A stretch of 64,000 nt of DNA from Candidatus Altimarinota bacterium (GTDB lineage Bacteria; Patescibacteriota; Gracilibacteria; UBA4473), in NCBI GenBank assembly GCA_020631075.1, contig JAHDHX010000006.1, positions 42,243-106,242 of the forward strand, given 5' to 3'. The notes beneath the pieces were generated by a model. It was not told the DNA's origin and did no database searches. It saw nothing but the letters and a program-made list of their open reading frames with translations. The stretch's first letter is position 1. Each line of letters opens with the position of its first letter. Of this stretch, positions 8,684 through 18,626 are shown in pieces. Both the position numbers and the translations under genes were made by a program.

Positions 8684-10018
8684 GTGCGCCAGATGAATTT
8701 TCGCACCCACCTCACCAACATCCTCGCCGCCTTCACCCTGAGCATCGTCACGCTCAGCATGGGGGCAGCTTTTGGCATCATGATCGGCCGCGGTGCCCTC
8801 GCGGGCATGCTCTCTGCCGCCGTTCTGGCCTTCCTCGCACCACTCTTCGGCGGCACGCGCATCCAGTGCTCTGGCCCCACCGCCCCAGTCAGCACCCTGG
8901 TCGTCAGCCTCCTCGCTACCCAAGCCCTCCCCACCGACATGGGTCTCCCCCCTGACCAGTTTCTCAATCTTGTCTTTGTGCTCAGTGGTGTGCTGCTCGC
9001 ACTCTCTGGTGTGGTGGGGCTGGGGCGTTTTATCGCCCTCATCCCCAATGTCATCATCTCTGGGTTTATGACCGGCATCGGCCTCCTCATTTTCCAGTCA
9101 CAGCTCCGCACCCTCCTCGCCCAGACAGCCCTCCCTTACTTTGGGGCCACCCTTGCCTTTGCTTTGGGGGCTTTCTGTGTGTGCCTCATCAGCCCCATCC
9201 TCCTGCGTCGGTGGGTGCCCCAGTGGGCTGGGCTTCTCTCGGGCACTTTTTTGGCCTTGCTTTTCGGCACTTGCCTGGCGCAGCTCCTTCCCTTTCCGCT
9301 AGAGCGCATCGCCCTCCCCACGGGTTCACTGTTCAGTGACCTCATCTTCTTTTCCCCGACAGCACTCAGCGGGCTCGACTTCACCCTCTGGGCCATAGCG
9401 CTCTGGTGGGCCCTGCAACTCGCCTTCACTCTCTACCTCGACACGCTGATGACCGCCCTCATCATTGACCGCCTCACCCACTCCCCGACTCCTCGCTCGC
9501 GTGAGCTCATCGGTCAGGGCGTCAGCGGTGTGGTGATCGGCCTGATGGGCGGCATACCAGGGGCGCAAGCCACCGTCCGCTCAGTGCTCCTCCACAAGGA
9601 AGGCGCCACCCACCGCTACGCCAGTGCCCTGATTGGCCTCTTGGCGTTTATCTTACTCCTCGCTTTTCGCCCCCTCCTACGGCAGATCCCCAGCGCACTG
9701 TTTATCGGCATCCTCTTCAAGGTCGCCCTCGACATCATCGACTTCCAGCCCCTCCGACTTTACTTCCGTGAGCTCACCCACCGGCAACTCGGCCGCCAGT
9801 GGCTCTCTCGGCACGACGACGCCCAGATTTTCGTCACCCACCGCGAGATACTCTTTATCATCACCACCGCCCTCGGCACCCTCTTCTGGGGGTTGATCCC
9901 CACCGTGCTCACTGCCACCGCCACCTATCTAGTGCTCCAACGTACACTGTGGGCACACGTCCCCATGCGTGACCTCCAGCTCGACACCGAAACTGAGTCC
10001 ATCGGTGGTGAAGATTAA
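8684..10018 (+). CDS. SulP family inorganic anion transporter (no STAS domain)
   Basis: 444-aa polytopic membrane protein. GGTRIQCSGPTAPVSTLV matches the Sulfate_transp signature. Confidence 0.75.
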   Translation: MRQMNFRTHLTNILAAFTLSIVTLSMGAAFGIMIGRGALAGMLSAAVLAFLAPLFGGTRIQCSGPTAPVSTLVVSLLATQALPTDMGLPPDQFLNLVFVLSGVLLALSGVVGLGRFIALIPNVIISGFMTGIGLLIFQSQLRTLLAQTALPYFGATLAFALGAFCVCLISPILLRRWVPQWAGLLSGTFLALLFGTCLAQLLPFPLERIALPTGSLFSDLIFFSPTALSGLDFTLWAIALWWALQLAFTLYLDTLMTALIIDRLTHSPTPRSRELIGQGVSGVVIGLMGGIPGAQATVRSVLLHKEGATHRYASALIGLLAFILLLAFRPLLRQIPSALFIGILFKVALDIIDFQPLRLYFRELTHRQLGRQWLSRHDDAQIFVTHREILFIITTALGTLFWGLIPTVLTATATYLVLQRTLWAHVPMRDLQLDTETESIGGED

Positions 10019-10046
10019 AAAAACACTCCCAAAGTAAATATATCCC

Positions 10047-11012
10047 ATGCCCACCCCACACAACATCGTCACCTTTATGCAAGACATCGGGGTTGCCCGC
10101 CACCAGGTCGAATCCCTCCTCAGCACATTTGACCTCACCGCTGACTGGTCACTGGCGGACGGCCACCCCTGCCCCGTGCCCGAGCACGTCTTTGCCCTCT
10201 GCACCGTCAACACCCCTCTGACACAGACAGAACTCACTCCATTCAAAAATCTACAGCACATCTCCGTCTCTTTCACAGGGTTCAACCACATTGACCTCGC
10301 CTATTGCCAGCAGCACGACATCAAGGTCTGCAACGTCCCAGGCTACGCCACTGACTCCGTCGCCGAGCTCGCCCTCGGGTTAACTTTCAGCCTCCTCCGA
10401 CAGATCCCCACCGCCCACCGCAGCACTGTCGCTGGCCACTGGCAGGGCACCCTCCCCCCAGGCACAGAGCTCTCTGGCCAGACCTGCGGCATCATCGGCA
10501 CTGGGGCCATCGGCACTCGCCTGGCCCAGATCCTCTCAGCCTTCGGCTGTCCTTTACTCTGCACTTCACGCACACCCCGCCCAGCACTCCTAGACCTTGG
10601 CGCGACCTACGTCCCGCAGCCACAGCTCCTCCGTCAGAGTGACATCATCTTCCTTACCACCGCGCTCACACCACAGACACATCACCTCATCGACGCTGAG
10701 TCTTTTCGACTCATGCGGCCCACCGCCCTCCTCATTAATGTCGCCCGCGGCCCCATCATCGACACCCCTGCGCTTATTTCCGCCCTTGCATCAGGCCAAA
10801 TCGCTGGCGCTGGTCTCGACGTCTACGCCTCCGAGCCCCTCACCGCTTCCGACCCACTCCTTTCTGTCACCGACAAGCTCGTCCTCACCCCACACATAGC
10901 CTACCGCACTCAGCAAGCCCTCGACCGCAAAGCCAAAACCACCATTGAAAACATTGGCCGACATTTCACCAGCCAACCACTGTTACACGAAGTAAAACCA
11001 CCAAAAAAGTAG
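10047..11012 (+). CDS. D-isomer-specific 2-hydroxyacid dehydrogenase (glycerate/phosphoglycerate dehydrogenase-like)
   Basis: NAD-binding motif GIIGTGAIGTRLAQIL. Catalytic-domain segment LINVARGPIIDTPALISALASGQIAGAGLDVYASEP. Confidence 0.85.
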   Translation: MPTPHNIVTFMQDIGVARHQVESLLSTFDLTADWSLADGHPCPVPEHVFALCTVNTPLTQTELTPFKNLQHISVSFTGFNHIDLAYCQQHDIKVCNVPGYATDSVAELALGLTFSLLRQIPTAHRSTVAGHWQGTLPPGTELSGQTCGIIGTGAIGTRLAQILSAFGCPLLCTSRTPRPALLDLGATYVPQPQLLRQSDIIFLTTALTPQTHHLIDAESFRLMRPTALLINVARGPIIDTPALISALASGQIAGAGLDVYASEPLTASDPLLSVTDKLVLTPHIAYRTQQALDRKAKTTIENIGRHFTSQPLLHEVKPPKK

Positions 11013-11030
11013 TGATTTAATTCAATGATG

Positions 11031-11106
11031 TGGTGGGAGTGGTGGGAATTGAACCCACTACCAAAGCGTTATGAGCGCCCTGCTCTAACCATTGAGCTAC
11101 ACTCCC
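11031..11106 (-). tRNA. tRNA-Met (anticodon CAT), elongator-like; could be tRNA-Ile2 if lysidine-modified
   Basis: Hand-folded 76-nt cloverleaf: acceptor GGGAGTG/CACTCCC, D arm GCTC-AATGGTTA-GAGC, anticodon loop CTCATAA, T arm GTGGG-TTCAATT-CCCAC. CCA is encoded. The G1-C72 pair argues against an initiator. Confidence 0.9.
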
Positions 11107-11208
11107 CCTTGCCGTAAGGCTCCACACGCCCAGCCCCCGCGAGTGACTTACGCTGGAGAGATTTTACCAAAAATCACGTCCACTGCGCCAACCAAAAACA
11201 CCCCAAAA

Positions 11209-11284
11209 TGGGGCGAATGAAGGGAATTGAACCCTCGACCTACGGAACCACAACCCGTTGCTCTACCACTGAGCTACATTCGCC
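11209..11284 (-). tRNA. tRNA-His (anticodon GTG) with encoded G-1
   Basis: Hand-folded cloverleaf: extra 5' G opposite discriminator C73, acceptor GCGAATG/CATTCGC, anticodon loop TTGTGGT, T loop TTCAATT. CCA is encoded. Confidence 0.9.
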
Positions 11285-11372
11285 GCCATACCTTTTTCAT
11301 CGGTTCTCTGCGGTGGTTTTCAGGCGGAGGCAAATCTAGCCCCCCCCTAGCCCCCTGTCAAAGTTCTTCCCG

Positions 11373-11714
11373 CTAAAGCACCGACTCATAGTCACTACTC
11401 AGCAGGTGCAGGTGCACATGGGGCACCACTTGCCCACCCGCTTCCCCGACATTCATATGCAGTTTATACCCCTCTAAGTCCAACTCGTCGGCTATCTGCT
11501 TCGCCGCCCAATACAGATGCCCCAGCACAGGCACCGTCTCCAGCGTGACGTCTCTCGCCGTGACTATAGCTTGCTTGGGGCAGATCAGCACATGAGTCTG
11601 CGCCTTCGGGGCGATGTCACGGAAGGCAAACACCAGCTCATCTTCATACACTTTTTCACACGGCAGCTCGCCCGCGATGATCTTGGCAAAAATGTTTTCA
11701 GGTAAAAAAACCAT
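11373..11714 (-). CDS. HIT family (histidine triad) nucleotide hydrolase
   Basis: 113 aa. Histidine triad HVHLHLL. N-terminal IFAKIIAGELP. Confidence 0.85.
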   Translation of the reverse strand: MVFLPENIFAKIIAGELPCEKVYEDELVFAFRDIAPKAQTHVLICPKQAIVTARDVTLETVPVLGHLYWAAKQIADELDLEGYKLHMNVGEAGGQVVPHVHLHLLSSDYESVL

Positions 11715-11728
11715 GTATTATAAATATC

Positions 11729-12124
11729 TTAAATCTTTCCCATCTCTCTATATTCCTTTAAGTCTTCATATTGATCTATTATTGATGGATATTTATAACT
11801 AATAACTCTTAATACAATATTCAATCTATCTACAACTTTATTATAAGTTTTACCCATAATTATCTCTTGATGTTCTTCACAAGAACTAAAATAACCAGCA
11901 TCCCACAAAACCGACATCACATCTTCTTGAACCACTAGTGCTAGTTTGCTTTTTTCAGAATTTGATAATTTTTTAGAAATTTCAATCAAATGTTCCATTT
12001 CTTTAGACACAAAGTCGTATATATTTTTAATTTCAATACTTGATTCAAGATTAAGGTCTCCTTCACAGTCATAATCGTGGCGCCAAGTTCTTTTTTGCAA
12101 TTGCAATAAGCTTAATTTGTACAT
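11729..12124 (-). CDS. hypothetical protein (131 aa), AT-rich orphan
   Basis: Track ORF 11729..12274 trimmed to ATG 12124 (MYKLSLLQ), because the upstream part overlaps the HMG-CoA reductase 3' end. Sharp drop in GC. No domain recognised. Confidence 0.45.
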   Translation of the reverse strand: MYKLSLLQLQKRTWRHDYDCEGDLNLESSIEIKNIYDFVSKEMEHLIEISKKLSNSEKSKLALVVQEDVMSVLWDAGYFSSCEEHQEIIMGKTYNKVVDRLNIVLRVISYKYPSIIDQYEDLKEYREMGKI

Positions 12125-12155
12125 GAAAAAATAATAATAAAAATTACAAAAAAGT

Positions 12156-13259
12156 CTAGCGAAATTTCTCATGCGCCCCCGCCAACCCCTTGGCAGCCAG
12201 CGCCCCCAGCAGCGAGATCTCCCCCGCCAGCACCCCCAGCCCCACCACGCCCGCCAGCTCCGCCGTACGCTCACCGTGGCCCATGGGGGCCGTCAGCCCG
12301 ATTAGGCTTTGGTACTGCCCCTGCAACGGCAACCGAGTCCCCCCCCCCAGCACCCCGACTACCACCGCTGGCAGCTCCACCCCTACCCGCAGCCCCGCTG
12401 GTGTCGCCTCTACCTTGGTCACCCCCTGACTGCCCGCCACTATGTGCGCCAGGTCTTGCCCCAGCGCCGCATACACCCCCGCAATGATGTTTGCGTGGTG
12501 GCTGTTGGTCGCCGTCATCCCCGCCAGCGCACTCCCCTGCTCCAGCTTCGCCACCGCCACGTGTTGCAGTTCTTCCGCACCACAGTGCAGCACCGCTCGC
12601 AAGATTTCATCCGTCACCGTCACCCCGACCTCTACTTGATACTTCCGCCCCTCCACGCGAATCGTCTCCGACGGTTTTTTATCACTACACCAGTTTGATG
12701 ATACTGCCACCAGCCGCACCGGCAGCCCCGTTTCCACCACTTGTTCGGCCATGGCCTTGGTAGCGATCGTCGCCATATTCATCCCCATGGCCTCCCCCGT
12801 GTCAAACCAGTGCCGCATATGCAGGTTACCCTCCACCACCCGCACTTCCGTCCGCAGCAACCGCGTGTGACCACTGACCGTTTCACAGGCCGCCTGCAAT
12901 CGGGCTTCATTTTCCGCCACCCACACCCGTACCTCCGCTTCGGTCATTTGCTTGAGCAATCGGTACACAGGCGCACGGCTGATCCCACAGTGCCTCACCC
13001 GCACGGTCGCCCCCCCCGCTTGGCGCAGCACCTTCGCCCCACGGTTCACACTGGCGACTAGGCACGCTTCCGTCGTGGCCAAAGGCAACCGATACTCCCG
13101 CCCCTCCTCCGTGCGCAGCGGCCCCACCACCCCCACAGGCAACGTCACCACCCCAATGACGTTCTCACAGTTTCGTGCATATTGACTCAGGTCCAGACCA
13201 GCCCCCAAGTCGACCTCTGGCACCTTTCCCCCAAAAATCTTTTCCAGTCGCTCATTCAT
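12156..13259 (-). CDS. hydroxymethylglutaryl-CoA reductase (class-I-like catalytic domain)
   Basis: ENVIGVVTLPVGVVGPL and LATTEACLVASVNRGAK match the conserved HMGR motifs. 367 aa. Confidence 0.85.
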   Translation of the reverse strand: MNERLEKIFGGKVPEVDLGAGLDLSQYARNCENVIGVVTLPVGVVGPLRTEEGREYRLPLATTEACLVASVNRGAKVLRQAGGATVRVRHCGISRAPVYRLLKQMTEAEVRVWVAENEARLQAACETVSGHTRLLRTEVRVVEGNLHMRHWFDTGEAMGMNMATIATKAMAEQVVETGLPVRLVAVSSNWCSDKKPSETIRVEGRKYQVEVGVTVTDEILRAVLHCGAEELQHVAVAKLEQGSALAGMTATNSHHANIIAGVYAALGQDLAHIVAGSQGVTKVEATPAGLRVGVELPAVVVGVLGGGTRLPLQGQYQSLIGLTAPMGHGERTAELAGVVGLGVLAGEISLLGALAAKGLAGAHEKFR

Positions 13260-13283
13260 CGCCAGCGAATATAATCAAAACCC

Positions 13284-14159
13284 ATGACAACGCGAATTTT
13301 CTCTACCAGCGGCAAACTCATCCTGTTTGGTGAGCACGCCGTGCTGCACGGCGCCCCCGCTTTGGCCGTCCCCGCTATTCCCACGGCCCTCACACTCACC
13401 GTCTCACCGCATTCCGCCAGTGCCCCGCCCCAGCACACGCTCGACACCCAGCCCCTCCCGGCCGTCATCCTGTCAGATATCAACTGGTGGCAACAGCACT
13501 TCCCCACCCCCACTTCATTCGTCTTTCACCTCACCACTCACTCCCCCATTGGCTGTGGGCTGGGTATGTCCGCCGCTTGGTCCGTCCTCCTCGGGCAACT
13601 GTCACAGCACCTGCAGCTGACAGACACACGCACCACTCTTGACCTCATCACCCAGCTCGAGCACCGCCACCACGGCCGCGCCAGCGGCCTCGACCACTTG
13701 ACCATCTGGCACCAGTCACCCATCTGGCTACAGCAAGGCCAACTCACCCAGCTCCCCGACTTCACCCCCCCGTGGGTCACCCACCCTAAAACCTGGCATC
13801 TAATTTTTACTGGCACACCCGACCAATCCACCGCCCAGATGGTGCAGCACATCCAGCAGCAACCCCACCACACCCAGTTTCCGCGGCACATCACTGCCCC
13901 CAGCCAGCTCACCGACCCAACGCTTGACTGGCCCACCCTCATCGACACCACTGGGCAATGGCTCGAAACCTTCGGGGCCGTCACCGCAAAAGACCAAACC
14001 GCCTTCGCTCAGCTTCGTGCCGCGGGGCACCAAGGCAAGATCTGCGGCGCAGGTGGCCACACTGGCGGCAGCGGAGTCGCACTCATCCACTGCCCCGATG
14101 CAGACTTTTTCTCACTGTGGTGCACTCAGCATGACTACCGCGTCTTGCCACTAATTTAA
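13284..14159 (+). CDS. mvk: mevalonate kinase (GHMP kinase family)
   Basis: GKLILFGEHAVLHGAPALAVP N-terminal motif. GHMP ATP-binding motif PIGCGLGMSAAWSV. Divergent from the HMGR gene. Confidence 0.8.
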   Translation: MTTRIFSTSGKLILFGEHAVLHGAPALAVPAIPTALTLTVSPHSASAPPQHTLDTQPLPAVILSDINWWQQHFPTPTSFVFHLTTHSPIGCGLGMSAAWSVLLGQLSQHLQLTDTRTTLDLITQLEHRHHGRASGLDHLTIWHQSPIWLQQGQLTQLPDFTPPWVTHPKTWHLIFTGTPDQSTAQMVQHIQQQPHHTQFPRHITAPSQLTDPTLDWPTLIDTTGQWLETFGAVTAKDQTAFAQLRAAGHQGKICGAGGHTGGSGVALIHCPDADFFSLWCTQHDYRVLPLI

Positions 14160-14888
14160 TTTCATCAATATCTTTACATTTCCGTTCTCCATAACTTTTA
14201 AACGGAATACCGAATCCATTTTTCCGATTTTATAATCACCCTCTTGAAAACAAGCATTTTCAGTGTCGTAGTATTTTATGAATCGTTCATAAAGATTCTT
14301 CACCGAAGAGCGGAAAAATTCATTTCCTCTTCTTGTTCTGTAGCCCATCTGATTCAGAGTACGAGCTATACTCTCCCATGTTGAGTTTTCTTTCAATCGT
14401 TTTTCTACAATCAACCGAAACACTGCACGATTGGCTGCATCATTCAGAGAATTTTCTATCACTTTTCCTATTCCCCCTGACCGAAAATTATTTTCCTGCA
14501 AAGGAAGAAGGCCTGCCGTTTCTTCTTTTAGATTTTCATCTTCACTTATTGCTTCCAATTCAAATATTTCTTCATACGTTTGATCAACTATTTCCTTAAA
14601 ATGTGTCACAACCCATCGTCGTATTTCCGCAGGTATTTTTTGAGAATCTAAAACCGCTACAGCCAATTTTGTCGGCCAATTTCCCGTAAAATCAATTGAT
14701 AATTTTCTTGCTGCCAAAAGAGTATTTAAAACCAAATTAGAGAGCTCTTTTTGAGCCACATTTTCACACACACCTTCATCGTAATTTTCATTCAGATAAC
14801 TTAATATTTGCTCACGTGTATCAAAAACATTCTCTGTTTGATTTGAGAGGTCTGTCACTACTTTTTTTAGGCATTGTATAGAATTCAT
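14151..14888 (-). CDS. hypothetical protein (245 aa), AT-rich orphan with recombinase-type HTH-like C-terminal segment
   Basis: TWESIARTLNQMGYRTRRGNEFFRSSVKNLYER resembles the DNA-binding 'recombinase' module of serine recombinases. No catalytic resolvase domain seen. Confidence 0.55.
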   Translation of the reverse strand: MNSIQCLKKVVTDLSNQTENVFDTREQILSYLNENYDEGVCENVAQKELSNLVLNTLLAARKLSIDFTGNWPTKLAVAVLDSQKIPAEIRRWVVTHFKEIVDQTYEEIFELEAISEDENLKEETAGLLPLQENNFRSGGIGKVIENSLNDAANRAVFRLIVEKRLKENSTWESIARTLNQMGYRTRRGNEFFRSSVKNLYERFIKYYDTENACFQEGDYKIGKMDSVFRLKVMENGNVKILMKLN

Positions 14889-14918
14889 GACTAAAAAATA
14901 AAAAGAAAAACAAAAAAG

Positions 14919-15638
14919 TCAAAAACCCCGTATCACCTCCACCATTTCCTTAGGCGACCAGTCCCCCGTCACATTCGGCCAAAACCCACTATAGGCCAAC
15001 ACGCCCCCCAGCTCCCGCAAGAAGTAGTACCGCTCCTTGGGGAACCGCCCATGCTGATAGTCCGCCTTATGTAGGTAATACTCATCCACCCCATAGCGCC
15101 CAGCCAGCAACCCGATCCGCCCCAAGTGAAAATCCTGCGACACCATCACATACGACCGTCCGTCTTTTGGGTTCAGGTTCCGCACCGTCGCCTGAGTCGT
15201 TATCCCCTCATAATCCATCTCCATCGCTTTTTCCGCTATCCCCAGCTTTTTCAGTTCCTTGACCATCACATCCACCTCGTGCGCCCCATAGGTCGAAGCC
15301 CCGCCCGACAGCACCAGGCACGACACTTTCTGGTTGTTATACAGCTGCCCCGCCGCGTTGATGCGGTCACTCAGGGCGTGGCTCGGCACGTCATCGCGCC
15401 ACACCGCCGCCCCAAACACCACCGCACAGTCCGCCGTCACATCATCGGGCAGCGTGTCGTCAGTGTGTGACCACACTGTCCACACCGCCCACAGCCCCAG
15501 ACACAGCACCCCCAGTGCCGCCCACCCCAGCAACCACACCCCCCAGCACAGCAAGCCCCAGACGCACGACAGCCCCCAGCGCACCCCCCGTCCGAGGGCT
15601 CGCCACATCCACGCCACACTGTTACGCATCCATTTCAT
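14919..15638 (-). CDS. DUF218 (SanA/ElyC/YdcF family) membrane-anchored protein
   Basis: Shows the AVVFGAAVW ... LVLSGGAS ... VMVSQDFHLGRIG pattern. Trp/Gly-rich N-terminal TM region. Confidence 0.75.
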   Translation of the reverse strand: MKWMRNSVAWMWRALGRGVRWGLSCVWGLLCWGVWLLGWAALGVLCLGLWAVWTVWSHTDDTLPDDVTADCAVVFGAAVWRDDVPSHALSDRINAAGQLYNNQKVSCLVLSGGASTYGAHEVDVMVKELKKLGIAEKAMEMDYEGITTQATVRNLNPKDGRSYVMVSQDFHLGRIGLLAGRYGVDEYYLHKADYQHGRFPKERYYFLRELGGVLAYSGFWPNVTGDWSPKEMVEVIRGF

Positions 15639-15650
15639 TTGTTTCAGACA

Positions 15651-16583
15651 CTACACCTCTTCTATCCCAAACTCCAGCCCGCCCGCATCATCGAGCCGTT
15701 TTTCATACACCATTGGCAGGTGGTGTGGGTGCCCCCGCCGCGTCTCAGACGAATACACCTCCGCAAACTCCTCCCCCTCTTCCGTTTCCACCAGCACATA
15801 TTCCAGCTCTTCGGGTGACGGTTCGTCCGTCACTGCACTCTCCATCGACACCAGCTTGTCGGGCACACCGTCCGCGGGCACGCCGTCCCCCTCCGTGCGG
15901 TCGACCCACGGCACATACTCCGACCAGTGTATCCGCCTCGGCTTGCGTGACCCACGCTGTCGTCGCCGCCCCGAGGGGATCCGCAGCTGCGGCAGCTCCC
16001 CCACACCGTGGTTTTCCACTTGCCTCGTCACGATAGCCCCGATCAAATCTTTGAAGGCCGACTCCTCCGTAAAATTCTTCTGGTGCACCAACTTTTCCTT
16101 AAAAAACTCAATCGTCTTCGCCACCTTGGTCGGGTGCGGCACGAGGTCAAAACTCACCGGCACCCCCCCACTCATCCGTTGGAAAGCCAACGTCCCGTAG
16201 TTATACATAAACGCCCGCCACCCCGCTTTATCGACCGATATTTCCTCCAAATTCCAGTAATCCAACCGCGTTATGCGCTTATGAAAGATCTTGTCCCACC
16301 GCACAATGATCAAGTTCAAATTCGTCACCAGCAACGCGTTAAAAAACCACTTCCAGAAATACCCCAACATCATCACCGCCCCCACCACCAGCAACGCCAG
16401 CCAGAGGTACCGTCCATGCCAAGGGTAAAAGAAATACACTACATACGCCCCCCCCCACCACAGCAACCCCTGCACGACGATGTTTTTCAGCACAAAAGTA
16501 AACATCGTCCGATACACCTTATGCACCCCCTCACCCTCTTCGAGCATATTCCCAAACCCCAGTGATCGCAGTCGGTGAAACAT
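15651..16583 (-). CDS. membrane protein with YdbS/YdbT-like bacterial PH (DUF304-like) domain, acidic C-terminal tail
   Basis: Trimmed to ATG 16583 (MFHRLRS). Two TM helices followed by LIIVRWDKIFHKRITRLDYWNLEEISVDK...GTLAFQ. The functional call is weak. Confidence 0.5.
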   Translation of the reverse strand: MFHRLRSLGFGNMLEEGEGVHKVYRTMFTFVLKNIVVQGLLWWGGAYVVYFFYPWHGRYLWLALLVVGAVMMLGYFWKWFFNALLVTNLNLIIVRWDKIFHKRITRLDYWNLEEISVDKAGWRAFMYNYGTLAFQRMSGGVPVSFDLVPHPTKVAKTIEFFKEKLVHQKNFTEESAFKDLIGAIVTRQVENHGVGELPQLRIPSGRRRQRGSRKPRRIHWSEYVPWVDRTEGDGVPADGVPDKLVSMESAVTDEPSPEELEYVLVETEEGEEFAEVYSSETRRGHPHHLPMVYEKRLDDAGGLEFGIEEV

Positions 16584-16664
16584 AAATTCGATTTTTACAT
16601 CCCGTATCATAAAGAAAAAGTATATGAGAAAAAACTTGCAAAAAAAACAATAAACATCATTGAT

Positions 16665-17807
16665 ATGGTAATGAAAACAATTATGAACAACAGCAAGACC
16701 CCAACAGCCTTCATTACAGAAGAAAATGAACTCCCCATCATTGAACATCTTTACGACATCCTCCCTCCAACAGATTTAAATGAAACCACTGATGAAATTC
16801 GTAATGAAATAAAAATGCTAATCTATCGTAATTCTCAAGAAGGAGCATTTATGACAGTGCAACCAACTTGTGAAGAATACAACTGCAATCCATTTTGTTC
16901 TGAATATCTTTTCTATCGAAATTCATCACCTTGGCCACTATTCGAAAAAGAAATATACAAAGGTTTAGACAAAGCTGAAACAAATGAAGCTCTCGCATTT
17001 GCATTTAATAATTTTTCAAATTCAAAGCTAAAACTTGATTTAGAAACAGTTCATAATGCGTACGAAGCATATCGAATTAGTCAAAACGACTTAGAAAAAA
17101 TTAAAAATGGAGGAAATGAGAAATATCTAAATAATTTTCTCAATAGCTCTCAAAATCCAGAAAAAATATGGAAAAATGCTATTGGCATTGAGCGTCATCG
17201 CTTAGAAAAAGAAATCACTAATTGGAAAACTAAAAATTTACCACGACTTTTAATAAAATGGTCTCAATATGACACTCGCGATCTGGCAGCTAATATAGTT
17301 TCTTTGGGCAGAAAAGCTGTTTATGATGATTACAAGAAAACATGCAATGAAGTGCGTCAAAGAAGAGAAATTATTGATTCACTGTCTTGCATTGTAGATA
17401 AATTAAAAGAAGATGAAAATTGGAATATACCAGATGATTTTCATCCTTGGCTACTTACAAAAGTAAGCAAACATATTTTCCATGACATTCCTTGCCCAAA
17501 AGGCATTCAAGATTGCTTAAAAATAGTAAAAAAATGGAAAATTGAATTCGAAAAATCATACAGAGCTAACTCCATACTAAATGAAATTTACTTCAATAAT
17601 GCAAGTCAGGTAACGCAAAAATTACTTAAAAAAAATTATTCAAAGAAATACATTGAAAAATTAAATGATACACGAAAAAAATCAGAAAAAAGACAACAAG
17701 AATTAGAAGTAAAATTAAAAGAAAAGATAAACTACATCGACTGGAAAAGCTTCACTTCTGCAGAAGACTATCCCTATATACCCACCTCAGAATTTCATTT
17801 GCTCTAA
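16665..17807 (+). CDS. hypothetical protein (~380 aa), AT-rich orphan
   Basis: Track ORF 16575..17807 starts at a GTG that overlaps the divergent gene. The first ATG is at 16665. Lys/Asn/Glu-rich, with no domain recognised. Confidence 0.55.
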   Translation: MVMKTIMNNSKTPTAFITEENELPIIEHLYDILPPTDLNETTDEIRNEIKMLIYRNSQEGAFMTVQPTCEEYNCNPFCSEYLFYRNSSPWPLFEKEIYKGLDKAETNEALAFAFNNFSNSKLKLDLETVHNAYEAYRISQNDLEKIKNGGNEKYLNNFLNSSQNPEKIWKNAIGIERHRLEKEITNWKTKNLPRLLIKWSQYDTRDLAANIVSLGRKAVYDDYKKTCNEVRQRREIIDSLSCIVDKLKEDENWNIPDDFHPWLLTKVSKHIFHDIPCPKGIQDCLKIVKKWKIEFEKSYRANSILNEIYFNNASQVTQKLLKKNYSKKYIEKLNDTRKKSEKRQQELEVKLKEKINYIDWKSFTSAEDYPYIPTSEFHLL

Positions 17808-17894
17808 CATTTGTACTAACAAGAGTGAAGTGCTTATTGCACCCTCTTCCTCCTCGACTATGGTGCGCCTGAGTTTCACCCTCTCCCCCCTCGC

Positions 17895-18611
17895 ATGACC
17901 CACCCCACTGACCAGGACCAATCATGGAGCAGTTTTTTTCTCGATTTACTGATCATGATCGTGATCGTTGTGGGCATTCGGGTGTACATTTTTCAGTTTT
18001 TCCGCGTCAGCGGCCCCAGCATGTGCCCTACGCTCAATGTCCTCGACGGCCGCTGCCTCTACCCCCCCGACGACGACGGCGAATTCATCTTCCTCAACCA
18101 GTTTCACTACAACTTCCTCCAAAACCCCGAACGCGGCGAGATCGTCGTCTTTAAGCCCAGCAATCAGGACAACTACCTCATCAAGCGAATCCTCGGCGTA
18201 CCGGGTGACGAGCTCGAGATCCGTAACGGTCAACTCTACCTGACCAATAACGACCACACTGACCTCCAACTCACCGAACCCTACCTCAACGCGACCAACC
18301 GCGGGCGCACGGGCCGCACTGACCGCCGCGGCACCCTCACCCAGTTTCAGGTCCCTGACGGGCACTACCTGCTCATCGGCGACAACCGCGCCGACTCTAT
18401 GGACTCCCGCCACTGCTTCCGCATCGCCACCTGCAAGGGCGACGAAGCCGAGCTCGCCTACGTCCCAATCGAAAACATCAAAGGCCGCGCCGAGTTTGTC
18501 GCCTGGCCTCCGACCAGCTGGCGAAGTTTAGAGCACCTCCCTCTCGGAGCTTCCTCCAATGATGAACCAACCACCCCAGCCCCCAGCCCACGCCCCTCCT
18601 CCGCTTCCTAA
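17895..18611 (+). CDS. lepB: signal peptidase I
   Basis: SGPSMCPTL (catalytic Ser), YLIKRILGVPGDELE (catalytic Lys) and GDNRADSMDSR boxes. Confidence 0.85.
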   Translation: MTHPTDQDQSWSSFFLDLLIMIVIVVGIRVYIFQFFRVSGPSMCPTLNVLDGRCLYPPDDDGEFIFLNQFHYNFLQNPERGEIVVFKPSNQDNYLIKRILGVPGDELEIRNGQLYLTNNDHTDLQLTEPYLNATNRGRTGRTDRRGTLTQFQVPDGHYLLIGDNRADSMDSRHCFRIATCKGDEAELAYVPIENIKGRAEFVAWPPTSWRSLEHLPLGASSNDEPTTPAPSPRPSSAS

Positions 18612-18626
18612 GTCCAGCCCCCCCTC

